This document shows positions 38,847 to 47,406 of a stretch of DNA of 64,000 nt, piece after piece (the first letter of the stretch is position 1; each line of letters starts with the position of its first letter). The translations under genes and the position numbers were made by a program. Below the pieces are notes generated by a model. The model saw nothing but the letters and a program-made list of their open reading frames with translations, ran no database searches and was not told the origin of the DNA. This DNA comes from Chloroflexota bacterium (GTDB lineage: Bacteria > Chloroflexota > UBA11872 > VXNJ01). The stretch is from contig OZ253449.1 of NCBI GenBank assembly GCA_965261345.1, positions 320,001-384,000 on the forward strand. The letters are read 5' to 3'.

Positions 38847-40296
38847 CCAAGACATCCTCGATTGCCAGGATCGCCACGGCGGCAATGAGGCCGGCGTAGG
38901 CCAACCCCAATCCGGCCGTCTGCAGGGAGGGGCCAAGGTAAGTTTGGCCTATTGCCGAACTGGTCGATAGCACGCCCACCAGGACTATCGGCAGGGCCGC
39001 CGGCAGCATCAACAGCGGCCCCAGCACCTCACGGCGGTCGGTCATTGACAAGAGCGATCCGTAAGCGGTGGCCAGCGCCGCCAGGGCGGCGCTTCCCGAC
39101 ACCGCCAGCACCAGCATTGGCGGCTCCAAAAGGTTGGCGTTAAAGAACAGACTGGCGGCGACCAGGCAGACCAGGGCAACCGGCAGCAGGCGAGCCAGCT
39201 GACCGGCCAATTGCGCCATGATCAGCGCGGGTCGTGCGATCGGTTGGGTCAGCAGGAGGGTGAGGGTGCCCGAATCACGCAGGCGCGGGAAACCATCCTG
39301 GGCGCCCAGGATTGCCGCAAAACACAGCGAGGCCCAGAAGCTCCCGATCGCCGCGTCGGCCGATCCCGCGAGCCGGTTGGGCAGGGCCAGGCTCAAACAC
39401 AACATGATCAGAATCGCCAACGCCGCCTGGGCGGCCAAGCTTCCGGGCGAACGCCACAGCTGGACCAACTCCATCCGAGAAAGCGCGTACAGGTCGCCAA
39501 TTCGGCCGAGCGAGAGCTGGTCGGGACCCTGGCGGTCGCTGCCGGACCGCTCCGGCGGTGGCGTCAGCCTGGTGGACGCCGCCAGGGCTGCGGCCGGACT
39601 GCTGTCGACGAGCGGGCAGCCCAATACCACCTGGCCACGGTTGAGCACTACCACCGAATCGGCGATCGCCCAGGTCGATTGCGGGTCATGCGTGGCCAAC
39701 AGGACGGTCTGGCGCCCGGACATCGACTCCAAATAGTGCTGCAACGCGCCCGCACCCTCGGCGTCGAGCCCAGCGAACGGTTCGTCCAACAGGACCAGCC
39801 GCGGGCCGCGGGCGAAGGTTAAGGCCAGCTCTAACCGCTGGCGCTGCCCTCGTGAGAGGGTCGAAACCTTACGCGAGAGCAATTCATTTAGCCCGAAAAG
39901 CTCGACCAGCTGCCCGATCGCCGGTCGGCTTCCAGCCGGCCCCAGTCGGCTGTAAAAATCCAAGTTTTCAGCGACCAGCGCCTGCCCGAAGGCTCCGCCA
40001 CGGTGCCCGAGGCCGGCGGTTACCGCCCGTCGGCGCCAATTCCCCGATCCGATCGGGCGACCTTCGAAGACGGCCTGCCCCTGGTCCGCGCGCAGGCTGC
40101 CGGCCAGGATTCTTAACAGGGTGGTCTTCCCGGCGCCGTTGCTGCCTAGCACCAGGCAGGTTTGGCCGGATTCAACGTCAAACCCGACGCTGGCGAGCGC
40201 CAGGGTGCTGCCGTAGCGCCGCGATAGTCCCGAAACGCGCAGGCCGGTCGGCGTTCTGGGGTCCTGGACCTTGGCGCTAATCGGCGGGCCGTTCAG
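38839..40296 (-). CDS. ccmAB: Fused CcmA (ABC ATPase)-CcmB (permease)
   Basis: One frame carries GSNGAGKTT, LGH...ENL, LSRGQRQR, LLDEPF and ATHD, then a linker and a multi-TM CcmB-like half (FWASLCFA, DSGTL..L, REVLGPLLMLP). The frame extends upstream of GTG 40152 (LRVSGLSRRYG) to CTG 40296. Confidence 0.85.
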   Translation of the reverse strand: MNGPPISAKVQDPRTPTGLRVSGLSRRYGSTLALASVGFDVESGQTCLVLGSNGAGKTTLLRILAGSLRADQGQAVFEGRPIGSGNWRRRAVTAGLGHRGGAFGQALVAENLDFYSRLGPAGSRPAIGQLVELFGLNELLSRKVSTLSRGQRQRLELALTFARGPRLVLLDEPFAGLDAEGAGALQHYLESMSGRQTVLLATHDPQSTWAIADSVVVLNRGQVVLGCPLVDSSPAAALAASTRLTPPPERSGSDRQGPDQLSLGRIGDLYALSRMELVQLWRSPGSLAAQAALAILIMLCLSLALPNRLAGSADAAIGSFWASLCFAAILGAQDGFPRLRDSGTLTLLLTQPIARPALIMAQLAGQLARLLPVALVCLVAASLFFNANLLEPPMLVLAVSGSAALAALATAYGSLLSMTDRREVLGPLLMLPAALPIVLVGVLSTSSAIGQTYLGPSLQTAGLGLAYAGLIAAVAILAIEDVLDD

Positions 40297-40769
40297 TTGG
40301 CCAGATCATCGACCGATTGAAATTCAGGACCGTGTTGGACCAGCAAATTGGAAGCCTCCAGTACTCCATTGCGCAGATGCCCCTCGACGACCACTTCCTG
40401 GTATTTCTGTTCGTCCGAATATCCCAGCAGGTCGGGCGGTACGCTGCCGTAGCTGACCGGGAATCGCTCCTGTCCGTCGGTTAGCGTAAAGCGGATCCAG
40501 AGTCGGGTGTCATCCTGGACGATCGATCCATCATCGATCCGTCCCTGTACCCGCACCGCCCGGCCGGACAGCTCGGCTGCCTCCTCGGCCAGTTCGCCCA
40601 CCGTCAGGTAATAGACCGCCCCAGCTTGGGCGGCCGAGTAGGCAAGATAGGCCACCGCCAGTACGATCACCGCGATGACCAGCGCAAGGGCGGGCGAAAA
40701 ACGCGGGCGGCGGTTTTCCAAAGTCCCGGTCGAGGGCAAGGTGCCTAATTCTTTAATCGGCGCGGACAA
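40293..40769 (-). CDS. ccmE: Heme chaperone CcmE (HxxxF variant)
   Basis: N-terminal TM, VYYLTV.E, VRVQGRI..GSI, F.LTDG, V.Y..VPPDL, VVVEG and LLVQHGPEF. Confidence 0.9.
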   Translation of the reverse strand: MSAPIKELGTLPSTGTLENRRPRFSPALALVIAVIVLAVAYLAYSAAQAGAVYYLTVGELAEEAAELSGRAVRVQGRIDDGSIVQDDTRLWIRFTLTDGQERFPVSYGSVPPDLLGYSDEQKYQEVVVEGHLRNGVLEASNLLVQHGPEFQSVDDLAN

Positions 40770-40820
40770 AACCGGCAGATTCTATTTGTCAGCGCTGGTG
40801 GGATGTGCCCGGGGGACACC

Positions 40821-41282
40821 TTAGCCCTGCTCAACCAGAAGCTGAAGGACCAGCGAGACGAGGTAGGCCACCGCTCCGGACCAGGCCGCCAGCCCAACCC
40901 GGCCGCGCAGTGGCGGCGGGGCGAGCGACAAATGGCGGCGCAGGCGCTGCGGCAGCACCGCACCATCCCGCCAGACCAGAAAAAAGGCCGTTCCGGCCAG
41001 CGCCAGTTTGAACGCCAGCAGGCCGACGTAAAGACCGGACAGATTGGGTCCGGGTAACCGGGCAAAAATCAGTGCCACGCCACTGAGCAGGAACACGCCT
41101 ACCGTATTGGCCATCAGCCGTCCCAACCGGGCGGAGAGATCGACCCTGTCGCTGGGCCCGGCCAGCGGGGCAATCACATAGAGGAAAAGCAGCCCGCCAC
41201 CGACCCAGAGGGCCGCCGCCAGGACGTGAATAAACCGCAGCCCGACCAGGGCGGCGGTCACTCCCCAGTGAACCTCAGCCAT
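40821..41282 (-). CDS. Four-TM membrane protein (CopD/DUF2269-like N-terminus)
   Basis: LRFIHVLAAALWVGG motif; ATG 41282 overlaps the thioredoxin stop. Confidence 0.7.
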   Translation of the reverse strand: MAEVHWGVTAALVGLRFIHVLAAALWVGGGLLFLYVIAPLAGPSDRVDLSARLGRLMANTVGVFLLSGVALIFARLPGPNLSGLYVGLLAFKLALAGTAFFLVWRDGAVLPQRLRRHLSLAPPPLRGRVGLAAWSGAVAYLVSLVLQLLVEQG

Positions 41283-41916
41283 TGGTTTCGGCAAGCGCGG
41301 CAGCGGTCAACTCGCGCAGGGTGCCTTCCGAAAGCGGTCCGATCCAGCGACCGACCAGGACGCCGTTGCGGTCGATTACGAAGGTCTCGGGAACTCCGGC
41401 CACGCCGTATTCGATGCCGATCGCCCCACTATCGTCGAGCGCCAGCGGAAAACTGAGGTCATGCCTTAGGGCAAATTCGCGCGCACCGTCTTCCTGGTCC
41501 CAAAGACCGATGCCCATCAGGACGATCCGATCCTGGTCAGATTCGCGCCAAAAGCTCTCCAACACCGGGGCTTCGACCTGGCACGGAGCACACCAAGAGG
41601 CGAAAAAGTTGAGCACGACAACCCGGCCGCGCAGCCTCGCGGGCGAGACCTCCCGGCCGTTAAAGTCCATCAGCACAAAGTCGGGAGCCGGTCGCGGCTC
41701 AATCCGGCCGCGCCGCGCCTGGGAATTTACTCCCGGCGCAGCACCCGAATTGCCGCCCAATGACAATCCCAGGGCGAGCAGCAGCGCGATTGCCCCGGCA
41801 ACAACCAATCCGGCCAGGGCAAGCTGTCCGGCGCCGATTTGACCGCCGCCATCATTGGCGGTCCCATCGGCGCGGCTATTGCGCGGTGCCGGCAAAAAGT
41901 GTGTATTCGGTCCCAT
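41275..41916 (-). CDS. TlpA/CcmG/ResA-like membrane-anchored thioredoxin
   Basis: TM anchor, APDF, VVLNFFASWCAPC..EAP and YGVAGVPETFVID motifs. Start is uncertain. Confidence 0.9.
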   Translation of the reverse strand: MGPNTHFLPAPRNSRADGTANDGGGQIGAGQLALAGLVVAGAIALLLALGLSLGGNSGAAPGVNSQARRGRIEPRPAPDFVLMDFNGREVSPARLRGRVVVLNFFASWCAPCQVEAPVLESFWRESDQDRIVLMGIGLWDQEDGAREFALRHDLSFPLALDDSGAIGIEYGVAGVPETFVIDRNGVLVGRWIGPLSEGTLRELTAAALAETNG

Positions 41917-42370
41917 CGACGCTGGGCAGGACCTGCGGACCCAACGCCGGCGGGGACTGGGAGAGGGCGATCATGGCGATCGTCGCATTGATTGCCGGCA
42001 ATTTCTCCAGGCCGGCAAGGTCATCCAACGAGATCCATTCGGCTCGATCGGTCTCCACCCCATCAGGTGTGGGTTCACCCGCGCGATATTCAAGCAGAAA
42101 GACGATATAGGTGCTATTGAATTCGTCAACTCGCGAACGCAACCCCAGCACCCCACGCACCCGCGCGGTGACCCCCGATTCCTCGGCGACCTCCCGCACA
42201 ACCGCCTGCTCGAGCGTCTCGTCACGTTCGATGAAGCCGCCCGGGATCTGCCAGTTTCCACGCCCGTATTTCGACGCCCGCCGCACCATGAGCAGTTTTC
42301 CGCGATGCACCACCGCACCGCCCACGCCGACGTTGTAGCCGGTGTTATACGCGCGAAAACGAGCGCTCAA
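41876..42370 (-). CDS. NUDIX hydrolase
   Basis: Nudix box GGFIERDETLEQAVVREVAEESG; TTG 42370 chosen as start. Confidence 0.88.
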   Translation of the reverse strand: MSARFRAYNTGYNVGVGGAVVHRGKLLMVRRASKYGRGNWQIPGGFIERDETLEQAVVREVAEESGVTARVRGVLGLRSRVDEFNSTYIVFLLEYRAGEPTPDGVETDRAEWISLDDLAGLEKLPAINATIAMIALSQSPPALGPQVLPSVDGTEYTLFAGTAQ

Positions 42371-42537
42371 CCGTAAACCCGGCAGTATAAATTCAATTTC
42401 TGGCGCGTGATTGGCATCGTTACGATCTTCAGGCTGTCCAATATTTTCCGGCGATGCGGAACCAACTCCCATATTGCCGTGGGCGGGACGCTCAAAGATT
42501 TCGGGATAATCACAAACTAGATCAATTCGACCAGCCA

Positions 42538-44907
42538 ATGCCAAATTCTCTTCCCGAGAGCGGGCCGCCGGCCAGCGATGACGCGCTCCCCTCCAACGAC
42601 CAGCAAATCCTGGCACTGGCAGTGCGCGGAACCGTCCTGTTTCCGATCAGCGACGCCTTAACCCCGCTGCTGGTATCGCGCGAAAAGAGCCTGGCCGCGC
42701 TGGAGGCGGCGATGATGGCCGACCGCCGGATCCTGGTGGTTGCCCAGCGCGAGATCGAAACCGAATCGGTGAGTGGCCAGGATCTATTTACGGTCGGCAC
42801 GCTGGCGCTAATTAACCGGATCCTGCGTCTGCCCGACGGCACAACCTCGGTGTTGGTTGAGGGGCGGGCCCGGATGCGGATCGAAGCCATCGAACAGGAA
42901 AATCCCTACCTGGTGGTCAGGGCCAGTCGCATCGGGATTGTCGGCAGTGACCAGGAGCGTTTGAACGAACTTGGCCAGGCGGTCCTGGAGCTATTTGAAA
43001 AGGCGGTGGATCAATCCGAAGACCTGGAGAAGGAATCGTACGTGCGCGCGCTCAATGCCGCAACGCCCGGGGAACTGGCCGACGTGGTCGCCTCCAGTCT
43101 CGAGCCGCCTTATCTTCAGGCCCAGGAACTCTTGGAGATCGAAAACGCCACCGACCGGCTGCAGCGCGTGCGCTCAATCCTGGAATCGGAAATCGCCGTC
43201 CTCTCAGCCCAGCGCCGGATCCGTGAGGGCATCGCCGCCCGAGTTGAGGAGGAACACCAGGAAGAGATCCTGCGCGGCCAGATGGCGGCGATCCTAGAGG
43301 AAATCGGTGATTCCGACGCGGCATCGCGGGACGTGCGCGATCTGACTAAACGCCTCACCAAGGGCCGCTATCCAAAGTCGGTTCGATCCCGGATCGAGAA
43401 AGACTTGGCTCGACTGGGCGAGATTCCCCAGGGTTCGCCGGAATTGAACGTACTGCGCAACTATCTGGAATGCTTGCTCGACCTGCCCTGGCGAACCTAC
43501 ACAAATGACCGGATTGACCTTCCCCAGGCCAAGGCGATCCTGGACGCCGGTCACTACGGGCTCGACGATGTCAAGGAGCGAATCCTCGAATTCTTGGCGG
43601 TGCGCAAATTAACCCGGTCGCGGCGCGGCCCAATTCTTTGCCTGGAGGGTCCGCCGGGGGTGGGCAAGAGCAGCCTCGGTCGCTCAATCGCCAAGGCGAT
43701 GGGGCGCAAATTGGTTCGGGTATCGCTCGGCGGGGTGCGCGACGAAGCCGAGATTCGCGGCCACCGCCGTACCTACATCGGATCCATGCCGGGTAGGATC
43801 ATGACCGCACTGCGGGATGTCGGATCGGCCAACCCTGTCTTCGTGCTCGATGAGATCGACAAGCTGGGAATGGATTTCCGGGGTGACCCGGCCACAGCCC
43901 TGCTCGAGGCGCTCGATCCCGAGCAAAACTCAGAATTTTCCGATCACTACGTCGAGGAGCCGTTCGATCTGTCACGAGTCTTCTTCATCACCACCGGCAA
44001 CGACATCTCAGATCTGCCGCCCGCGCTGATCGACCGGATGGAGATAGTTACCATCCCTGGTTACACTGACCTGGAAAAATTCGCGATTGCCCGCACCCAT
44101 CTGATGCCACGCCTACTTCGCCAGCACGGCTTGGACCCGGGCCAGTTCGCAATATCGGACAACGCCCTCGCCCGCCTGATAGCCGAATACACGCGCGAAG
44201 CCGGGGTTCGCGAGCTCGATCGCCAGCTGGCCGCGCTCTGCCGCAAAGTCGCAGTTGAAGTGGTCGGCGGGCGGCGGCGCATCACCCGCGTGACCATCGC
44301 CAGCCTGCGCCGGTTGCTGGGCCGACCGCGCTTCGGACAACGCCTGCAATTGGAACGGGATACGGTGGCGGCCGCCAACACCGTGTTCACCAACGCCGCC
44401 GGAGGGGCCCTAATGCCGGTCGAAATCAGTGTGGTTCAGGGCAAAGGGCACCTGGAATTGACCGGGCAGATGGATCCGGTGCTCAAAGAATCGGTCCAGG
44501 CCGCCCGGACCTACTGGCGAATGCGCGCCGGTCAGTTGGGGACCGACCGGGCCGATTTCGACTTGCTCAATTTCCATGTCCACATCCCGGCCGGAGGGCA
44601 ACCCAAATCGGGCGCTTCGGCCGGCCTGTCGATCTGTGTGGCCATGAATTCGGCTCTCACCGGGCGGGCGGTTCGGTCCGACACGGTGCTCTCGGGGGAG
44701 ATATCGCTGCAGGGACAGGTGATTCGTACCCAGGACATCAAGGCCAAGGTGCTGGCCATCGGAAGGGCTGGGCTGGCGCGATTTATCCTGCCGGCCGATA
44801 ACCGACAGGACCTGGAAGCGGTTCCCGAGCAGCTCCGCAAAGGAATCGATTTCATTCTGGCCGACAGCGTTGACGAGGTCGTCAACGCCGCCCTGGCTCC
44901 GGTTTAG
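42538..44907 (+). CDS. lon: ATP-dependent protease La (divergent protease domain)
   Basis: Lon N-domain, HYGLDDVKERILE, GPPGVGKSS, RGHRRTYIG, LDEIDK, HVHIP...PKSGASAG and IKAK. Confidence 0.93.
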   Translation: MPNSLPESGPPASDDALPSNDQQILALAVRGTVLFPISDALTPLLVSREKSLAALEAAMMADRRILVVAQREIETESVSGQDLFTVGTLALINRILRLPDGTTSVLVEGRARMRIEAIEQENPYLVVRASRIGIVGSDQERLNELGQAVLELFEKAVDQSEDLEKESYVRALNAATPGELADVVASSLEPPYLQAQELLEIENATDRLQRVRSILESEIAVLSAQRRIREGIAARVEEEHQEEILRGQMAAILEEIGDSDAASRDVRDLTKRLTKGRYPKSVRSRIEKDLARLGEIPQGSPELNVLRNYLECLLDLPWRTYTNDRIDLPQAKAILDAGHYGLDDVKERILEFLAVRKLTRSRRGPILCLEGPPGVGKSSLGRSIAKAMGRKLVRVSLGGVRDEAEIRGHRRTYIGSMPGRIMTALRDVGSANPVFVLDEIDKLGMDFRGDPATALLEALDPEQNSEFSDHYVEEPFDLSRVFFITTGNDISDLPPALIDRMEIVTIPGYTDLEKFAIARTHLMPRLLRQHGLDPGQFAISDNALARLIAEYTREAGVRELDRQLAALCRKVAVEVVGGRRRITRVTIASLRRLLGRPRFGQRLQLERDTVAAANTVFTNAAGGALMPVEISVVQGKGHLELTGQMDPVLKESVQAARTYWRMRAGQLGTDRADFDLLNFHVHIPAGGQPKSGASAGLSICVAMNSALTGRAVRSDTVLSGEISLQGQVIRTQDIKAKVLAIGRAGLARFILPADNRQDLEAVPEQLRKGIDFILADSVDEVVNAALAPV

Positions 44908-44942
44908 CCGCAAGGCCCAGGTTGCGGATGCCACCCGGTCGG

Positions 44943-45998
44943 ATGATGTTTAACCCGCTCAATGCGCTGCTCGGCCGCTTCTCGGCCGACATCGGAATCG
45001 ACCTGGGTACCGCCAATACCCTGGTTTACGTGCGCGGGCGGGGGGTGATCATCAACGAACCGTCGGTCGTGGCGATTGAGCAGCGCTCGCAACGCGTACT
45101 GGCGGTCGGCAGTCCGGCCAAGGCGATGGTCGGACGCACTCCGGAAAACATCGTCGCCCACAGCCCGCTGCGTGACGGCGTCATTGCCGACTTTGATGTC
45201 GTCGAGCGAATGCTGAGCTACTTTGTCAGCCGGGTGCAAACGCATCCCTTTCTACTGCCGCGCCCAAGGGTGATCGTCGGGGTGCCCTCCGGCGTTACCG
45301 AGGTTGAAAAGCGCGCGGTGCACGAGGCCGCGATCTCGGCCGGTGCCCGCGAAGCCTACTTGATCGAAGAACCGATGGCGGCGGCCATCGGAGCCCGCCT
45401 GCCGATCCAGGATGCGGTCGGCAATATCGTGGTCGATATAGGCGGCGGGACAACCGAGACGGCGGTGATTGCGCTGGGGGGAATCGTGGTGTCCAATTCG
45501 GTGCGCACAGCCGGCACCAAAATCGACCAGTCGATCGTAGATTACGTGCGCTCAGAACATGGACTGCTGATCGGCGAGCGCTCGGCCGAGTCCTGCAAGA
45601 TCGAGGTCGGTTCGACGCGCCCATTCGAGGGCGAGGCATCCACCATCATCCGGGGGCGCGATCTGGGTACCCGGCTGCCACGCTCGATGGAAATTTCCAG
45701 CGGCCAGATTCGCGACGCCACCGGTACAGTCGTTACCGAAATCGTCAACTGCGTCAACTACGCGCTCGAAGCCACGCCGCCCGAGCTTCTCTCCGACATC
45801 ATGCTGGCGGGAATTTGCTTGACTGGCGGCGGGGCCCTGCTGCGCGGGATCGACGCCACGATCCATGACGCGACCGAGATTCACGCAGTGGTGGCTGCGG
45901 ACCCACTCGAATCAGTGGCCGTCGGAACCGGCATCTGTCTTGAAAACATTGACCTCTACCGCGAGATTTTTGTCGGCGGCGAGGCCGTGGTCGCGTAA
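44943..45998 (+). CDS. mreB: Rod shape-determining protein MreB
   Basis: IDLGTANT, EPSVVA, VTEVEKRA, EEPMAAAIGA, DIGGGTTE and LTGGGALL motifs. Confidence 0.97.
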   Translation: MMFNPLNALLGRFSADIGIDLGTANTLVYVRGRGVIINEPSVVAIEQRSQRVLAVGSPAKAMVGRTPENIVAHSPLRDGVIADFDVVERMLSYFVSRVQTHPFLLPRPRVIVGVPSGVTEVEKRAVHEAAISAGAREAYLIEEPMAAAIGARLPIQDAVGNIVVDIGGGTTETAVIALGGIVVSNSVRTAGTKIDQSIVDYVRSEHGLLIGERSAESCKIEVGSTRPFEGEASTIIRGRDLGTRLPRSMEISSGQIRDATGTVVTEIVNCVNYALEATPPELLSDIMLAGICLTGGGALLRGIDATIHDATEIHAVVAADPLESVAVGTGICLENIDLYREIFVGGEAVVA

Positions 45999-46012
45999 GG
46001 CGGGTACGGCCG

Positions 46013-46831
46013 ATGGCCCAGCCGCAAAATTCCCTTTGGGCGCTGGTGTTGGGTGGCCTTCTTTGCCTGCTGCTGGCCATTCTCCACAACAACGGTGCGC
46101 TCACCCGGGTGGAGGACCTTACCGTGCAGGCGGCCGCCCCTTTCCAGCGAGGTATCGGGCGTATTACCGGAGACGTAGCAAATTCGATTTCGGCGGTGGC
46201 GAACATTGGATCGCTGGCCGACGAAAACGCCCAGCTGCGCAATTCGGTGGGGGTACTCCGGTCCGAGCTGGCGCGCCTGCGGCAACAGAGCCGGGACGAT
46301 TCCGAACTGGTCGCCGCGGCCAACTTCGCGGCCGCCCATCCCGAGTTTGAATTGGTCCCAGCAACGATCGTGTCCGGGGATGGCTCGGCCCTGTACGAAC
46401 TGCTCCAGATAGATCGGGGGGCCAATCACGGACTGGACTTGGGCATGGCGGTCATTTCGCTGCGCGGGTTAGTTGGCCGATTGGTTGACGTGAGCCCCGA
46501 TTCGGCCTGGGTATTGCCGATATCCAGTCCCGATTCCTCCGTGGCGGTCTCAGTGCAAGGGAATTTTGACGAAGTGATCGGATCAGTCCAGGGGACCGCT
46601 ACCACTCTGCTGGAGATGGATAACATCCTGCTCGGAGCCGACATCGAGCCCGGGCAATTCGTGATCACCTCGGGTCTGGGATCGCGGCTGCCACGCGGGA
46701 TCCTGGTGGGACACGTGATCAACGTCCGCGACCGGGCCGAAATCATAACTCGTTCGGCCGACGTCCAACCAGCCGTAAATCCCGCCGGCATCACTCAGGT
46801 TCTGGTAGTGGTCGCCGAGCGTCGGGCATGA
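46013..46831 (+). CDS. mreC: Rod shape-determining protein MreC
   Basis: TM, coiled coil (ENAQLR), IDRG...G, GLVGR and ITSGLG..LPRGI.VG motifs. Confidence 0.92.
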   Translation: MAQPQNSLWALVLGGLLCLLLAILHNNGALTRVEDLTVQAAAPFQRGIGRITGDVANSISAVANIGSLADENAQLRNSVGVLRSELARLRQQSRDDSELVAAANFAAAHPEFELVPATIVSGDGSALYELLQIDRGANHGLDLGMAVISLRGLVGRLVDVSPDSAWVLPISSPDSSVAVSVQGNFDEVIGSVQGTATTLLEMDNILLGADIEPGQFVITSGLGSRLPRGILVGHVINVRDRAEIITRSADVQPAVNPAGITQVLVVVAERRA

Positions 46832-47403
46832 TCAGACAGATCGGCGCCGGACTGCCCACGATTCAGTTGCGGCCCCCGTCCTGGCGCCGGTTGGGGTTGG
46901 CGGCGGCGCTGTTGGCGGGAGCCCTACTGCAGACGGGAATGGATGGTGCGCTGGGCTTCGCCGCGCAACTGCCCGATTTCTGCCTGGCAATCCTGATCGT
47001 GCTCGCATTCACCTCGCAGCGCCTGGGAACTCTGGCGGCGGCGTTCCTGGCGGGACTAGTGCTCGATCTGCTCAGCGGCACGGTCGCCGGTGGGCAGTCG
47101 CTGGCCCTGATGCTGGCGCTGCTGCCCACCCTCCATATCCGATTCGTGCTCTTCGGCAGCTTGACCGTCGCAATGGCTGTCGGCGCGGGGTTGGCCACGA
47201 TCATCTACTATCTGGTCTTCGGCCTGCTGCTTTCCCGGCAAGGACTGGATCTGCCACTGGCTTCGACCCTGTCGGCTACCGGACTGGCGGTAGTGCTCAA
47301 CCTGCTGCTGACGGTTCCGGCCTATTGGATCTGGGCCCGATTCGAGCGTGGACTGGCCCGGCGCCGGTTGCCGGTCGCCAATTCGGCCCGTTTCTTCGGC
47401 TGA
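46828..47403 (+). CDS. mreD: Rod shape-determining protein MreD
   Basis: Hydrophobic protein with PD..L and AFLAGLVLDLLSG; lies between mreC and mrdA. Confidence 0.85.
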   Translation: MIRQIGAGLPTIQLRPPSWRRLGLAAALLAGALLQTGMDGALGFAAQLPDFCLAILIVLAFTSQRLGTLAAAFLAGLVLDLLSGTVAGGQSLALMLALLPTLHIRFVLFGSLTVAMAVGAGLATIIYYLVFGLLLSRQGLDLPLASTLSATGLAVVLNLLLTVPAYWIWARFERGLARRRLPVANSARFFG

Positions 47404-47406
47404 ACC

